Source: Acanthaster planci (Eukaryota). Taken from it: a stretch of 64,000 bases of DNA. Within the stretch, counting starts at the first letter, position 1; each line of letters starts with the position of its first letter. The notes under the pieces were generated by a model that saw nothing but the letters and a program-made list of their open reading frames with translations, was not told where the DNA came from and ran no database searches. The stretch lies in the NCBI RefSeq assembly GCF_001949145.1, contig NW_019091361.1, positions 1,652,866 to 1,716,865 on the forward strand, written 5' to 3'. Position numbers and translations under genes: made by a program. This document shows, in pieces, positions 1-12,200 of the stretch.

Positions 1-729
1 CAAAGTTCCAACATGGCCTTCTTGCAGTGGCTGAAGGGGAAGATCAAAAAAAATTGCAGACTTTATTTGGTATACAGTTTGATAACAAACACACTATAAT
101 CCTTCATGAGTAACATTACATTCATTATCAAAATGGTGTCATGATTTCTGTAGCCCTGTATATTTCTAATCAAATTGAATGCAAATTTTGTGAATTTGAA
201 TTACAGCAAATGAAAATGAATACTCAATACCGACGGTTTATGGTAAAAGACAGATTTTCAGTGAATAAGATTGCACATTAGTTACAATTGGCAACGAATA
301 CGGCAAATCAGAACCCTAATCAGTTATCTGTGTCCTCCTAAATGAAACGTAATGCACATTCATCTATTTGAAGGATGCAAAACGAAGTCGAATTCTCGTC
401 AAACCATGTAACAGTACTTAGTTCAAGAAAATGAAATAAGAAAATAATTCATACTTCCGTTGCATTAAGTCTGCTTGCTGTTTCTAGGTTAATGTGATTC
501 CATTCATATGGATAATAAGACTATCTTTACTCTTGATTACGCAAATTTACATACGACATGCATTTGCAAGCAATAGTTGTCGTTAAAATGTATATAATGA
601 ACACCTCATAGTGAGATGTGTTTTCATTCGAAGTAAAGTTTGAAAGAGCCATTTGGAAAAATCTTTTATAAAATAACTCTGCATTACAATTTCCACTAGC
701 AATTTTTAATTTCACTAAACTTCAACTAA

Positions 730-2230
730 CGCACTTTGGAGAAATGGTTGAATCTGAAATTTACCTACCTTTGGTTTCTCTTCTTGAAAGTATATAATTT
801 TTCATTGAATTCTTATGGGCATGTTGCAGACGGGGTCGGCGGCATAGAAAAGTTTCCCTAGAGCTAAAATTATAGTCAGAAATGACAATCAAATTGGTGC
901 ACTAATAGAAGTTCACGCTGAAAACACTGGGCAAGTTTGGGCGCGAACTATAGTTCGACCGGTGGTCAGTTAGGGCCTACTTTTAAAAATGCGCATGCGC
1001 AATTACACTCGACCCTAGTCGGTCACCTCTTTAAAATCTCGTCCTTACATTTCATCGTTGGTTGCGATTCTCGCAGGGTACATTGTCATTGTAATCTCGT
1101 ACAGTTATTTTCATATGAATGGTTCCCTCTGTTATGATAAATGAAATGGGTTATTGATAACCAGCGGTGCGACCGTACCCTAGAGCTTGGTCCCAAACGG
1201 TCGACTAGATAGTCTAAACAGTTCATTGTTCATGTGGTGTTAGTCGAAACTATAGTCGTTGCTCGAATTGTTTCCTGATAGTCTTGTGTACAGTAACTAA
1301 GCTTTAGAAATAAGAACAGTAGTTTAATACTTTAAAACGACATTCACCTTGCTTCGACGAAGGATTAAAATTGTTATATGTTTTCTTCGTGTTGAAAGTA
1401 AGTTTTTGTCACTTTTATATTGTCATCAAAGCAAACACGAAAGTTGGTTTTGTTTGTTGCGTACAAACGGCAGTGACGTCATAAGATCTGAATGGACAGA
1501 TCTTCCATGGGAACTGCATGTACATAGTCGGTAATGAAAGTGAATTTGCCTGCCTAAAAAGATTGTGCACGAGAGAAGAGCCAGAAAAAGCAGGGATTTG
1601 TGTGGTCAAAATGTCCGTTTAATTTTTATCTAAGAAGTTTGGAAGTCCAGGAATCGAGAACTCATATGCTTACGAGCAAGTAACACTTTGGAAACTCGAA
1701 CGGGTACCTGTCTTTATTCAACAGTTTCCAAAGGTATTCGCCTCGGCAACACACACACACACAGGTGTGTATTTGCCTCCAACTGGGGACTCCCTATTGT
1801 TCCTCTTTTGTTTGTACTTTACTTTTTTAGAAGACCACCCATATGTTGTGTACACAGTTGTCAATCGGGGACCTTATTGTCCTCTGTTGTTCAGGGTCCC
1901 CATGCAGAAACAAACTCACATACACAAACACCAATAAACTTAAAAATCCCGCCCCCCCAAACAAACACGCATTGCATCTTTGTAAATACCCGAAATGAAT
2001 TGTTCGTAACTCTTGTCTTTATTTTCAACATTTCCAGAACACTTTTCATGCGCAATTGCAAGGACGTTCAGTCAATCATTATGGACCCTGCTTTTCTCTT
2101 GTTTGACGTCCACGACTTTCAATGTGTAGGCCCCTACAATACGTAAATGAGGCATTTCCAATGATTTTTGATTTGAGGACTGCAGCACCTCCTAATGTAC
2201 ACTGACTTCTGGGTCTCTGCAAGGGAAAAT
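730..2230 (+). repeat. Diverged segmental duplicate of 27230-28450
   Basis: Collinear matching blocks: 730-917 vs 27230-27415; 1385-1680 vs 27545-27800 (cagggatttgtg.ggtcaaaatg.ccgtttaatt); 2030-2230 vs 28270-28450 (atggaccctg...ctcttgtttgacgtcc). Confidence 0.8.
927..1277. mobile_element. Degenerate MITE
   Basis: Imperfect terminal inverted repeats (gggcgcgaactatagttcgac / gtcgaaactatagtcgttgctc). The block interrupts the alignment with the paralogous 27230-28450 segment. Confidence 0.45.
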
Positions 2231-4924
2231 CATACATCATAAGGGTAAATTCCCCCTCCGACCCCCGGACAAATCTTGGGGGCTACTGGACAATAGTGTA
2301 AAGGAATATCGCGCGTGTGTATGTAGACCGGTGCGCGGCAACAGCGCCGCTGTGCGGCGGCTTGGGCATTTCTGCCATCGCCTCTCGCTGATAAGTTGGG
2401 CTGTTTGCTTCGCACGATCCTTCAGGTAAATTTCTTTTTTCCTTGACATGTAAATTTCATCCAAAGTATAGAATGGGTCTTTCAGGAGAAATTGCTGGAC
2501 TTCTTGGACAGGGTATGAATACCCCTTTTGTCGTTTTCTTTAAGAAGAGGGAAAAATCATCCTTTCCTTAGAAAAGCTTCAAAAATTATTATGTGACTCA
2601 TGCACATGCACGAAACGTAACGAGTGTTCTATGTTGCATTCAACGACTATTGCATGTCTTCGAATTGTTTTATTGTGTGGTCTTTTCACAGCTGAACTCT
2701 GTAGAGAGAGCGGGTTGCACAGTGTCCTTATGATTGCAAATTGTGTCCTTTTGACTTTTATCTTTCAGTCTTACCCTTTTCTCCATCTTGTCATATCTCG
2801 TCACTGAACTATTTACTCTTGCAATTATCAGAGCATAATCTTCTTTTTCCACCGTTGGTCAATCAATCCATATTAATTATTTTATCATTGTCAAACTCCA
2901 TTTATTAGTGTCCACAATTGTGTGAATTTTCTCCACCTTAATAATATTGGGGCAGTCCTAAATTTCTCAACTTGGTTTCAAATAAAAAATAAATCAGTTG
3001 TAATATACAGTGAGAATAATAACCCCTTGTGCCAATTTTTTATTTTTATTTGGAGTACCTTGGTCACCGGAGAGATCAATCCCTTACTTAAAAATTAGGT
3101 GTACCCCACCACCATAAGGTATCACCATCCCACGTATGAACGTGACAGTAATGTTTACAGGCCATGAAATTGTCGAAGCTGTCACAACATTGGACACATA
3201 GATTGGCCACACAGATTTAAATATCGTGTTCCGTTTTTTATTCAAACGGTTGGTTACATTTTCATTGCCTTTTTAAACAATTGTCAGCTTTCCTACAATC
3301 GGGTGTGCATTCGGATGTAGACTTCTGGGATGTAAGTGAAAATAGGGGCGGTGGCGACACTCATCCACCGCACAAGTACCCTTGCATCCCAGGTAAAATA
3401 TAAAACTAATTAAGAAATGCAATTCAGTGTTATCAGAAATTAATAGAAGGCATTTCTTCTAAACACATCGCAATCCCGGAGCGCAATGTGTCATATTCAG
3501 TTTTAAATCTGGGTACACAGAATTATCCCACAGCTAATTTTGAAACCCATGCACTTTTCAACTCTCGGCTTCATCATGCCTGCAGATCCATCAAAAGCCT
3601 CAGAATCAACTTAAAAAATCAGGGGGCGTGACTACAAAATGTACTTCCACAGAAGCATAATGAAATGTTGTTAGAGAGGAGACCTTAGGGATGTATTGGC
3701 TACCATAAAACAGTCGTACAGGTTCAGGCACGACCGGGGACTCCGGGAACTGATGTGGTGATGATATTGTGGTAATGTGAAGGGGGGGTGCGGCTCCACT
3801 TCAAGGACATGAAATAGCTTGCGTTCTTTTCTCTCGGGGGGATAGCGCCACCAAGAACGAGGAAAGTGGTTTAAAGCTGGGAGATCCGTTGCCATATATG
3901 TCGCTCCGATGAAAAGCGGGATATGGCGACTTCTGCAGAGATAGTACCCTGTTTCGATTTCCAAACGTTGCGCTAACTCGTGATATCGGGTATACAATAA
4001 CAAGTCAAATTCGAAACCCCCCCCATAAAAATACATTTAGTCATGTGAGAGGCATTTATGTTTTAGTTTTAGGACGATTCTTCTGTGGTTTTTATGCGTC
4101 GAATACATTTCACAAACTTAATGTACAATGGTGCATGTCCTTCATCAGGCCTAGTAAAGAGTACAACATGCCTCTATTACAAACCACAATAGCGAGCGAG
4201 CCTTCGGGCCCCTGACGCGATCAACCAATGGGGATTTTATGGGGTCGTCCTTTCACGTTCGATAATATTTGGAAGAATGATTCCTAACTGATACTTCCTC
4301 AAGAAACACTGATGTCGTTTGTTCCTACAGTTCCTTGTATCATGCACATAAGTTTTTCACTTAGTGAGCTTACGTGAAAACGAGATTGTACATAGTTTCT
4401 AAGATTTACCTAACTGCTGTCGATTGGTTCTAGACTCAGTCGAATTGACCTGGCGCTGTTCTTGTCAGCAACGGTTAGAGTGAACTTCAAAATCTGTCGT
4501 AAACGCAGATTATACCATTAATGAAGTTTAATTCCTTTTAAAATATAAAATACTTAAAATCTGTTGATCTCTATCTTTTTATTTAGCTTTTACCAAAAGA
4601 CTACCATACAACATAATTTCGTTACTGTTCATCCGCGTACGAGACCACCGAATTGCAGTGTTCTTCGTGTACTTTAGATTTTTGGAAGAGAGAGGTCAGG
4701 TTTTTGGCAGGATATTTCTTTTTCAGGTCAGGAGACTTTTAAGTTTCTATAAATTAATATGCAAGCAAATATTTTACAAAGCCTTTTTCTGAGGTGAATT
4801 TTTTTTAAATAAACAAATGCAAAATATTACTAATTCTTAAAATCGTTGCACGTTATTTTTCCGATACAATGGTTCAAGAAGCACGCCGCCAGGGGGTCAG
4901 CTTTCCACTTCCATACTTCCATTC

Positions 4925-5440
4925 GCTCGTCGCCCAGCGCCCAAAGAGCTATTGGCTTTGCATTATAATTGGCTACCTTTTGCACTACCTGTGGCCTCGA
5001 GGCTATCACTTACTGATAGCAAAGCATTATTTATTTTTTTTGGTTCGCCAATTGAAAAGCTTTGGCGCAGGCAGAGTGTCGGCTGTGTGATAAAAACATG
5101 GCCTTGGTGCAATCACAGTGTTTAATTTACCTTCTCGCTGAGTATCACGTGTCTTTCGGCGATATATTTCAAATTATTCGTTATCTTAATCAATTTTGGA
5201 TGAACGAAAGAGTGTAGTGAGAATATTTTGAGTAATTGGGAAGAAAGAGAAAAAATATCGAATTGATAACCGCCGCTTGTATATAAACGCAATGAGCGAG
5301 CTCACGCGCCTGGCAGAAATTTACCCACAATGCTACGCGCGTCGTTTCGGTTATGATCCTGTGTGACGTATTTCCGTCACTAAAATCGGTGCAGGGCCAT
5401 GAACCCTTCCCAGCACCTCGGTCGTGCCCTGACTGACGAG
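4925..5440. mobile_element. Dispersed non-autonomous element, copy 1 (inverted copy at 15326-15745)
   Basis: About 400 nt align by eye with the reverse complement of 15350-15745. Short ctcgtc...gacgag inverted ends. Confidence 0.65.
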
Positions 5441-5866
5441 TGGATATAGTTCCAAAGGTACAAAACGAAGCCAACCTTTGCCCTAAGTTGGGTTTGTTTA
5501 GCAGGTGAATCCGATAACGTTTTGCTACATTATTTCTTTTTGGCCCTTTAAGTTTGTTGGGCTTTGTACAGAACTGTCACGCAACATAGGCTCCACATAA
5601 TAGTTTTCACAAACGCTCTTAGCAAAGTAAACGACCCGTGATAGCGCTACCAAGGTTACCAGTGTTTAGTCAGGATTCAGCAGCAGTATTAATTCAAAAC
5701 GCGTCTTCCAAAGGTTACTGAATAATGAGCCTGTTTGTTCGCGCAGATCCAGATTGCGATTAGTGATCCGACGTTCAAATTACCGTACCTGACCAAAGAA
5801 ATCGCCTGAAGGGTAGCATGAACCAGCTTTGGGAGAACTGATCGAGATCCAGATGCATGTGAAACC

Positions 5867-6425
5867 ACAGACGTAAATCCCGGGGGGATGGGGGTATATA
5901 TCCCCTCATCTTTTGAGTTGGGGTGAGGGTTGTTGAATCATCCCCACCCCCGAACCCGCATCCCCAAACCCCGAATTTTGTTGCGGTGAGCACTGAGCAA
6001 GAAATTAAAGTAGATTGAGAAAAATTTTTCAGACTTTCATTCAAAATCACTCAAACAAGGTAACAATTTTAAAAAGCCATAAATATGCCGTTATCAGTCA
6101 ATTATTAGTTATTGTTGAGTTTCCAAATATGTGTGAATGGCTGGTTCATGGATTTTAATCCTTGGTTTCTTAAGTAGTATAATTTAATTTCTAGATATTT
6201 GGTAGTTTTTAATATTTGATGGGCTTAACCGATTTTATTGTAATTGCTTGGCACCTCTGGAAATCAGTGTTTCACTGAGAGGTTTCCCCAGGATATAAAT
6301 AAGTGAATAATAAAAAATAAAATGTAAAACAGTATGATGAACATCGACCTCTATAGACCATAAGGTGTCAACCCCTCCACCCCCACCCGCTTTCCAAATT
6401 TTCATGGCTGGGCAAGTCATCCATC
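5867..6425 (+). mobile_element. hAT-like MITE family copy (same family as 37131-37529)
   Basis: Shares cgtaa.tcccgggg..gatggggg tata.atcccc, aaaagccataaatat and tttcatggc.gggcaagtcatcc with the 37131 copy. A partial third copy lies at about 27835-27975. Confidence 0.6.
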
Positions 6426-6999
6426 CAGCTCAAAATGCCGGTGATTATTGAGTTACACTCCTCATTATCTGTAAGCGCAACCTGGGACTCAGGATCCCTT
6501 ACCAAGAGTTTGTATCATGTTGCACACAAGTCATTACCAGTAAAGCAATAGCTGATCATAAGTCGTTCAGCGTGAGCTGTTCGAGTGAAATTATGAAAAA
6601 GGAAATTTTAAAATACCCTCACTTTATTGCTTCATGTCCTGACTTCTGAGCGAACTATGGAGATTTCACATGTAATTGACTTCTCATCCATAAAAACAGG
6701 TCTACCCCCAGAGACTGCCAACAGCCAAACTTTGTTCTTCCGTGGAGGGAATATTAAAAGGGAGGGTGCTACTTATTACCACATTATCGCGCTGTTTGAT
6801 TGCATCCTGCTGCAGGGTTGAGAAATTAAATTACGTTTTCCTTTCCCTCACCAGTCCATGACAACCTGACGTGCAGCGTCCAAATCATGGAGAAACTGGC
6901 CAAGGGACAGGTGGTTGGACGGGCCATATTGAAGTGTAACGATGATGACGAGTAGTCACTGGCAAATCCAAAATGTAACTGAGGCGAAAGATTGGCACG

Positions 7000-7323
7000 G
7001 GTTGGCTCCAAGAACACTAACGAAGTAGTTTGTACTACTTATGATGGAAAGGGGCCATAGAAACGACGATCTCGTGCGCACAGGAAAAAATACGATTTTA
7101 AAAATCTTTTTACAGAGCACTAAAAAATCCACTAATCTTGAAAACGATGTAATTGGGATTTTCTCTAGAAAAAAAATGAACAAAGTCAGAAAACCAGAGA
7201 GAAAAATGATCATCGAAGTCGCACCCTCGTACATTTCCAATGACCCGCTCACACTTGTTGCCGCCAAGGCCATTTGTGCGCATGCGTGCATAATTATGAA
7301 TTTAATAGTGAAGAGGTCTATTG
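7000..7323 (+). repeat. Dispersed ~320-bp repeat; solo copy of the arm of the 22608-24039 foldback
   Basis: Matches 23370-23690 (same strand) and 22810-23147 (opposite strand), e.g. tactacttatgatg.aagg, gagcactaaaaa, cccgctcacac...tgccgccaaggccattt. Confidence 0.8.
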
Positions 7324-9225
7324 TGCAAAACCCCATTTGCCGTCCTCATATTACTGTTGGTTGCATCACATGCGTGTGTTCATGGTGTCCACCATCTCGT
7401 ACATTTTCTGCACGGCAGTGGCCCCCTCTGTGATTAATTACCAAAACGGCTGGGCTGCTGATAATCAAAATTCGCCCTGGGTTCATGAGCCCTATGCTGA
7501 ATAAAGTTAAGCAGCGATCCGCTTGTAAATGGGAATGACTGAAGCCAGAGGTTCTCATGTTTCATCTAATTATATGCAAATTGAAATTACGTATGCAGAT
7601 GCCAAGTAGTACTTGCAGTTGTCGCATTAATAAACGAATAAATTTGTCCTTGGCGGGTCTTAAACGTTCATTATGTTTCAGATGTATGGGGGCTATGATA
7701 ATTTGATATTCATAAACACCTGGGACGGTTCACTTTTCCAATTGGTCGAAACGCGTCACTTGACGGTGTATTAACGTTTGATGATGCCCACTGCGGATAA
7801 AACTGGACCCAGAATCTGCGTACCACTCGGAGAATGTTCACTTTCGCGTCATGTTTTTGCAGTAAGCATAAACATTTCTATATTAAAGAAATGTTTCCCC
7901 CAAAGTGGGTGGTTCTAAAATTGAGGAACATTTCGGGCGAAATTTTAACATTTTTTTAAGACCAACAATAAACTAATTAATATTTTCAAGACTGTCCTAT
8001 ATGGGTTAATATATTTATTCTTCCTGAACGAGAAAGGTTAGAAATCGTGTGCTTTTTGACATAATATTCATGTTTCTATCTGGCCATCGAAACAAATCCT
8101 CATTCAACACTACTGTAGTTTATACTGATATGATGTGCCTGACATTATAGCAGACAAGGGGCATGTGGAACTATCTCTCATCATGCAGTCATCGAGGTAG
8201 TCGCGGTGTTCCATGGTGTTCTCCAACGACGGGTCTGGTCACGCCTGAACAGTACAAAGCGTACAGCGCAACTGCACTGGCACCGCAGCTGCACAAGTCA
8301 TGCCTGAACTTGTCACACGCTCCAGCACACACACTACACTTTGCATATGTACAGTACATGTACATGTATACTTGTGGGGTATTTCCTTTGTTCTCGTACC
8401 TTCCATTGTACCGGTACCCCACAAGGCACCATGTACAAAGCGCACACGTCCCTAGCTGGCCCTTCGCGCGGTATGGTCCGCGTGCACCCCCCCCCCCACA
8501 CGCACACACGCAGCCATTACTATTCCGGAAGGCGTACTTACGGAGAAAGCGTTAATCAATTGTCTGCACATGCGAAATGAAAAGGAAATCTTTATCTATT
8601 ACGTTTTATTTTCGGGTATTCATTCATGAAATATTGCATTTAGCGTAACGCGCGTCTGAAAGCTGCACAGCCACTTTTTTGGAGGGGAAAATCCAGGCTG
8701 TTTGCCATGACCAGTGCGTTTGACCCTGGGTGAGAAAAAACATGAAATAGTCTTGGTAAGAAATAATTTCCAAGCAGTTTGACCGTGGTTTGACCCAATA
8801 TATTGCGAGTAATGGTTAAATAGCATGGCAGGGTATTAAAGTTTTACCTTTGCAATGATGCGAATGAATATGGATGAGGTCAGGATAAAATTGTCAGCAA
8901 TTTTTGACCTATTGTAAAGGGAAAATTGTATAATGTTGACCCTGTGGAAAATATCAAAAGGTCAAAGTGTTCCAGAAGGACCCTCAACATTGCTAGGTGC
9001 CTGTGCTTTCCAGAGGGCATAAGTAGCGTAACTGTTAGGTGGCATAGGGCACTCCCTTCGAAATTTTGATCTCTAGTGCATCACCCGTTTCGGTGCCCAG
9101 CTGAAAAAAAGCACGGGTTCCGCTATATATGCCACTGCCGCAGGGTGGAAGGCCTTCACAACGAAAGACAAATCGGTCGGTTTTCTCCTCCATATTGGTC
9201 GAAAGGGTATACTGATACAGAGGTC

Positions 9226-12200
9226 ATGATGAAGTGCATCCGTGTAACCGCTCCTAAAGAGCCCCTTGTCTTGTGTGACGATGAGCCGATCCCCAAAGCC
9301 CCAGACGGTGGGGCTGTCGTGAAGGTAAAGTGAATTGCTATATTGCACGACAACCATCTTTACGAAGGTGACGAACAACGCCGTATGTGTGGTGTCCTTT
9401 TCCTAGTCGAGTCATGCACCGTCGAGGGTGACATCGGCGTGGCAACCTACAGTGACCCGGGTCACAATGATGGTAGCCATCATTAAACAGGCAGTAAAAA
9501 TATAATCAGCCGATGTTAAAAATATCATAATACACCGTACGTGTTTATTCATTGTTATTCTCAAAAATGATTGAGCTGCTTTTACTTCAACAGGCGATCG
9601 ATATGGCATGCGTGACTAAAAAATACAAACCGCCATTGATCCGACTATGTTTCACGAGTGTATAGACTTCAATTATCGTGATGTAAGTTCTTTTGCTTGA
9701 TACAAATATTTGTAATGCGTCTTGTGTGGAAGCGGGGTACTCAGGGCTAAAGTTCCGGTCAGGGGCACAGTTCTCGAAGTCGGGATGCCACTTGGTGCCT
9801 ACTGGTTCGCCTCTGGAGGCTGGGACAGGGAGTGGCACACAGCGCAGGCGCTTGTGAGGTCTTGGGCAAATATCAGACACACAGACAACGTTGTTCCTCA
9901 CTTCTTATTATTATAATTATTATTTCTTATTTATACTAAGTGATTCATTCAGTTCGTAAAAAACAAACTGTTATCATCATGAGTCCCAGTGAACAATCTT
10001 ACGACAAGAGAAAAAGGGAATTAAAACTGAACGTTTGTGTCAAGAAAACTGATTGGATAAATTGTGATTATCTCGAGCTGAGGAGAATAGCGATGAAGGC
10101 TAAGCATATGGCCAATAAAACCGGTAATAAGGCCCACTTTAGGCATGCTAATGTTCCTCACTTCAATTGGATATTCACCCTGCGAACCACCGGTATACAG
10201 TCTTGGCCTGGGGGCCAGCTGCTTGAAAAGATTTGGCAGACACTCGACAGATCTCAAAAGTCCATATTAATCTACATGCATAAGGTAATTCCAAAAGTGA
10301 TCAACATATACCAAGGAGACATCCACACATCACAACCAATCATTTTACAATAATATGATGGCATGGAGACCGCGTGGAACATCTGAGGATGGAACCACAC
10401 ACAGACGGGCTATAGTCCAGCACATGCACTTGATCAGCTAGAAATCGCACGCTTCATCACATATTACTATCACTCGTATCACCCTAAAAATCGCATGGCG
10501 CGATCCCCAACCTTCACAAACTGTAAATTGAAGTCAAACGTTTTGGTCTAACCGGGTAGGGTATGAAGTACATTGTATGCAAAACGATTGTAATTCTTCT
10601 GTCACAGTGCCACATGTACCAACATAGGGCCTACGCGTATGCGTGTGCATCGCACTTGCTCACACTGAGTTTGCCATTGAAAACCGTCGTGCATGAACTC
10701 ACTTCAAATTGTAAGGGTGCACTCCTGGAAATAAATTCTCATGGACACTTCCTGACCTTTCAAATTATTGAAAAATACTCATAACTCCACAGGTGTCTAG
10801 GCTGGACAGAAAAATGATATTTGACATACCCTCTTTCATTTTTCTTTCAATTTAACTAGGTTGATCCATGAAGTTTTGAGAAATTCTCACCCAAAGCAGA
10901 CAACCCCTTAAATGAAAGAAAATTCCACTGCCCGGAAAAAGAGCCATTTTTGAAAATGTATTCCTATGCCAAATGGCTAAATAGTGCCAATTTCGAACCC
11001 GATTGCATCCAAATTGCTCAGAATTGGAAGCCCGGTACCAGGGGTTCAGTGCCATATTTTTTCAATCGCCCAGTTCCATGGCTTTCAGGGCTCTAATAAT
11101 TATAATTATGTTTAGTGTATAACTTCTATTAATGAGCTCGGCAGACATATTTCTGGCCCATTTGCGGAGGCACACCGTTATGATTGACAATGATAATATG
11201 GGCGATGCACAATAGTGCGCGTCCAGGAGTTTGCAACGCGTTGGCCAATCACAACGCGCAAAATCTGTCGACCCTTTCCAAACGCATATTGGGTCGACAG
11301 ATTTTGCGCATTATAATTGGCCAACGCGTTGCAAACTCTTGGAGACAAACTTTTGTAAAACGCCCGTATTGTGGCTATTCTAGCACGATCCATCCAAAAT
11401 TTATAAAACTGTCCATTATCGTAGAATAAACTACTTCATTCGTGACATCGATAGAACTGTAGGCCTATAGGCCTTACACAAGATCGTAACATGTTGGTGC
11501 ACCCGCCGTGATGAACTTGCTTCACATCGGAATATGTAGTGTCTTTATATTTCGCAGTCTTACCGTATAATAGCCATCTGGAGGTGGGGACTTCAATTTG
11601 AACCCTGGGAAGTTGAATCCAGGCCTTGTTTCCAGACTTAACACGATTAAAAAACAAATTAGTGGCATCGGAAGAAATGACCCCGATTGCTATTTGTAAG
11701 AATATTTCATGGATGAAACAAAAAATATCTGGGCAAAACTAGATGTGAAGTGGAAGCCAAATCAAACCAAATGGCTGCAACAGTTTAGAATAAACCGAAT
11801 TACAACGATTTTGTCAAAGTAGTCACGAATAACTTCAGTATCATCCAGAATGACCCATAGTTATACCGAATTTAAAATCTGGGAACTATTAAGTTACTCT
11901 CATAATAGTCGTAGTGGGTAGTCTTATCTATACACTGGCAATGATTTGGCGTTCTCGACCGTTTAACACCAAGAATAACTCTGCGAAATTTGTAAGAATG
12001 TTGCAAGAATATCAACCTAGTTGCGTATACAAGAATAGCCTTTCAGTTTCAATTTGTTCCCAAACAAACCCGACCATTTTCAGGGTACTTCGCGACTTTT
12101 AGTGATTTCACCAAACTACCAGGTGCAACTAAGAACGATTTCCTCAAGAAATTGCTACCAGTTTAAAAATCGGAAACCGTGAGAACCCGCTTCGTATTGG

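Larger units (their letters stand above)
3288..6955 (+). pseudogene. ADH pseudogene psi1 (relics of exons 2, 3 and 8)
   Basis: Exon 2 relic 3288-3392 reads LSYNRVC/SDVDFW...KYPCIPG with a 1-nt deletion in the CH codons. Exon 3 relic 3806-3989 reads GHEIACVLFSRGDSATKNEESGLKLGD, then has a deletion through the structural Zn cysteines and an in-frame TGA. Exon 8 relic 6855-6955 (QIMEKLAKGQVVGRAILKCNDDDE*) has internal deletions. Splice dinucleotides are still present and flanking intron sequence resembles gene A. Exons 1 and 4-7 were not found. Confidence 0.88.

Noticed and set aside
1..60. gctgaaggggaagatc resembling the ADH exon 8 of an upstream copy
   Set aside because: Similarity is limited to about 15 nt and the GRAxLKC motif does not follow.
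4095..4160. Possible minus-strand hammerhead (ctgatgaaggac...gaaa)
   Set aside because: Stem II does not close next to GAAA, and there is no convincing stem I or III.
9124..9130. TATA-like tatatat about 100 nt upstream of the gene A ATG
   Set aside because: No transcription start information and no equivalent seen in the paralogues.
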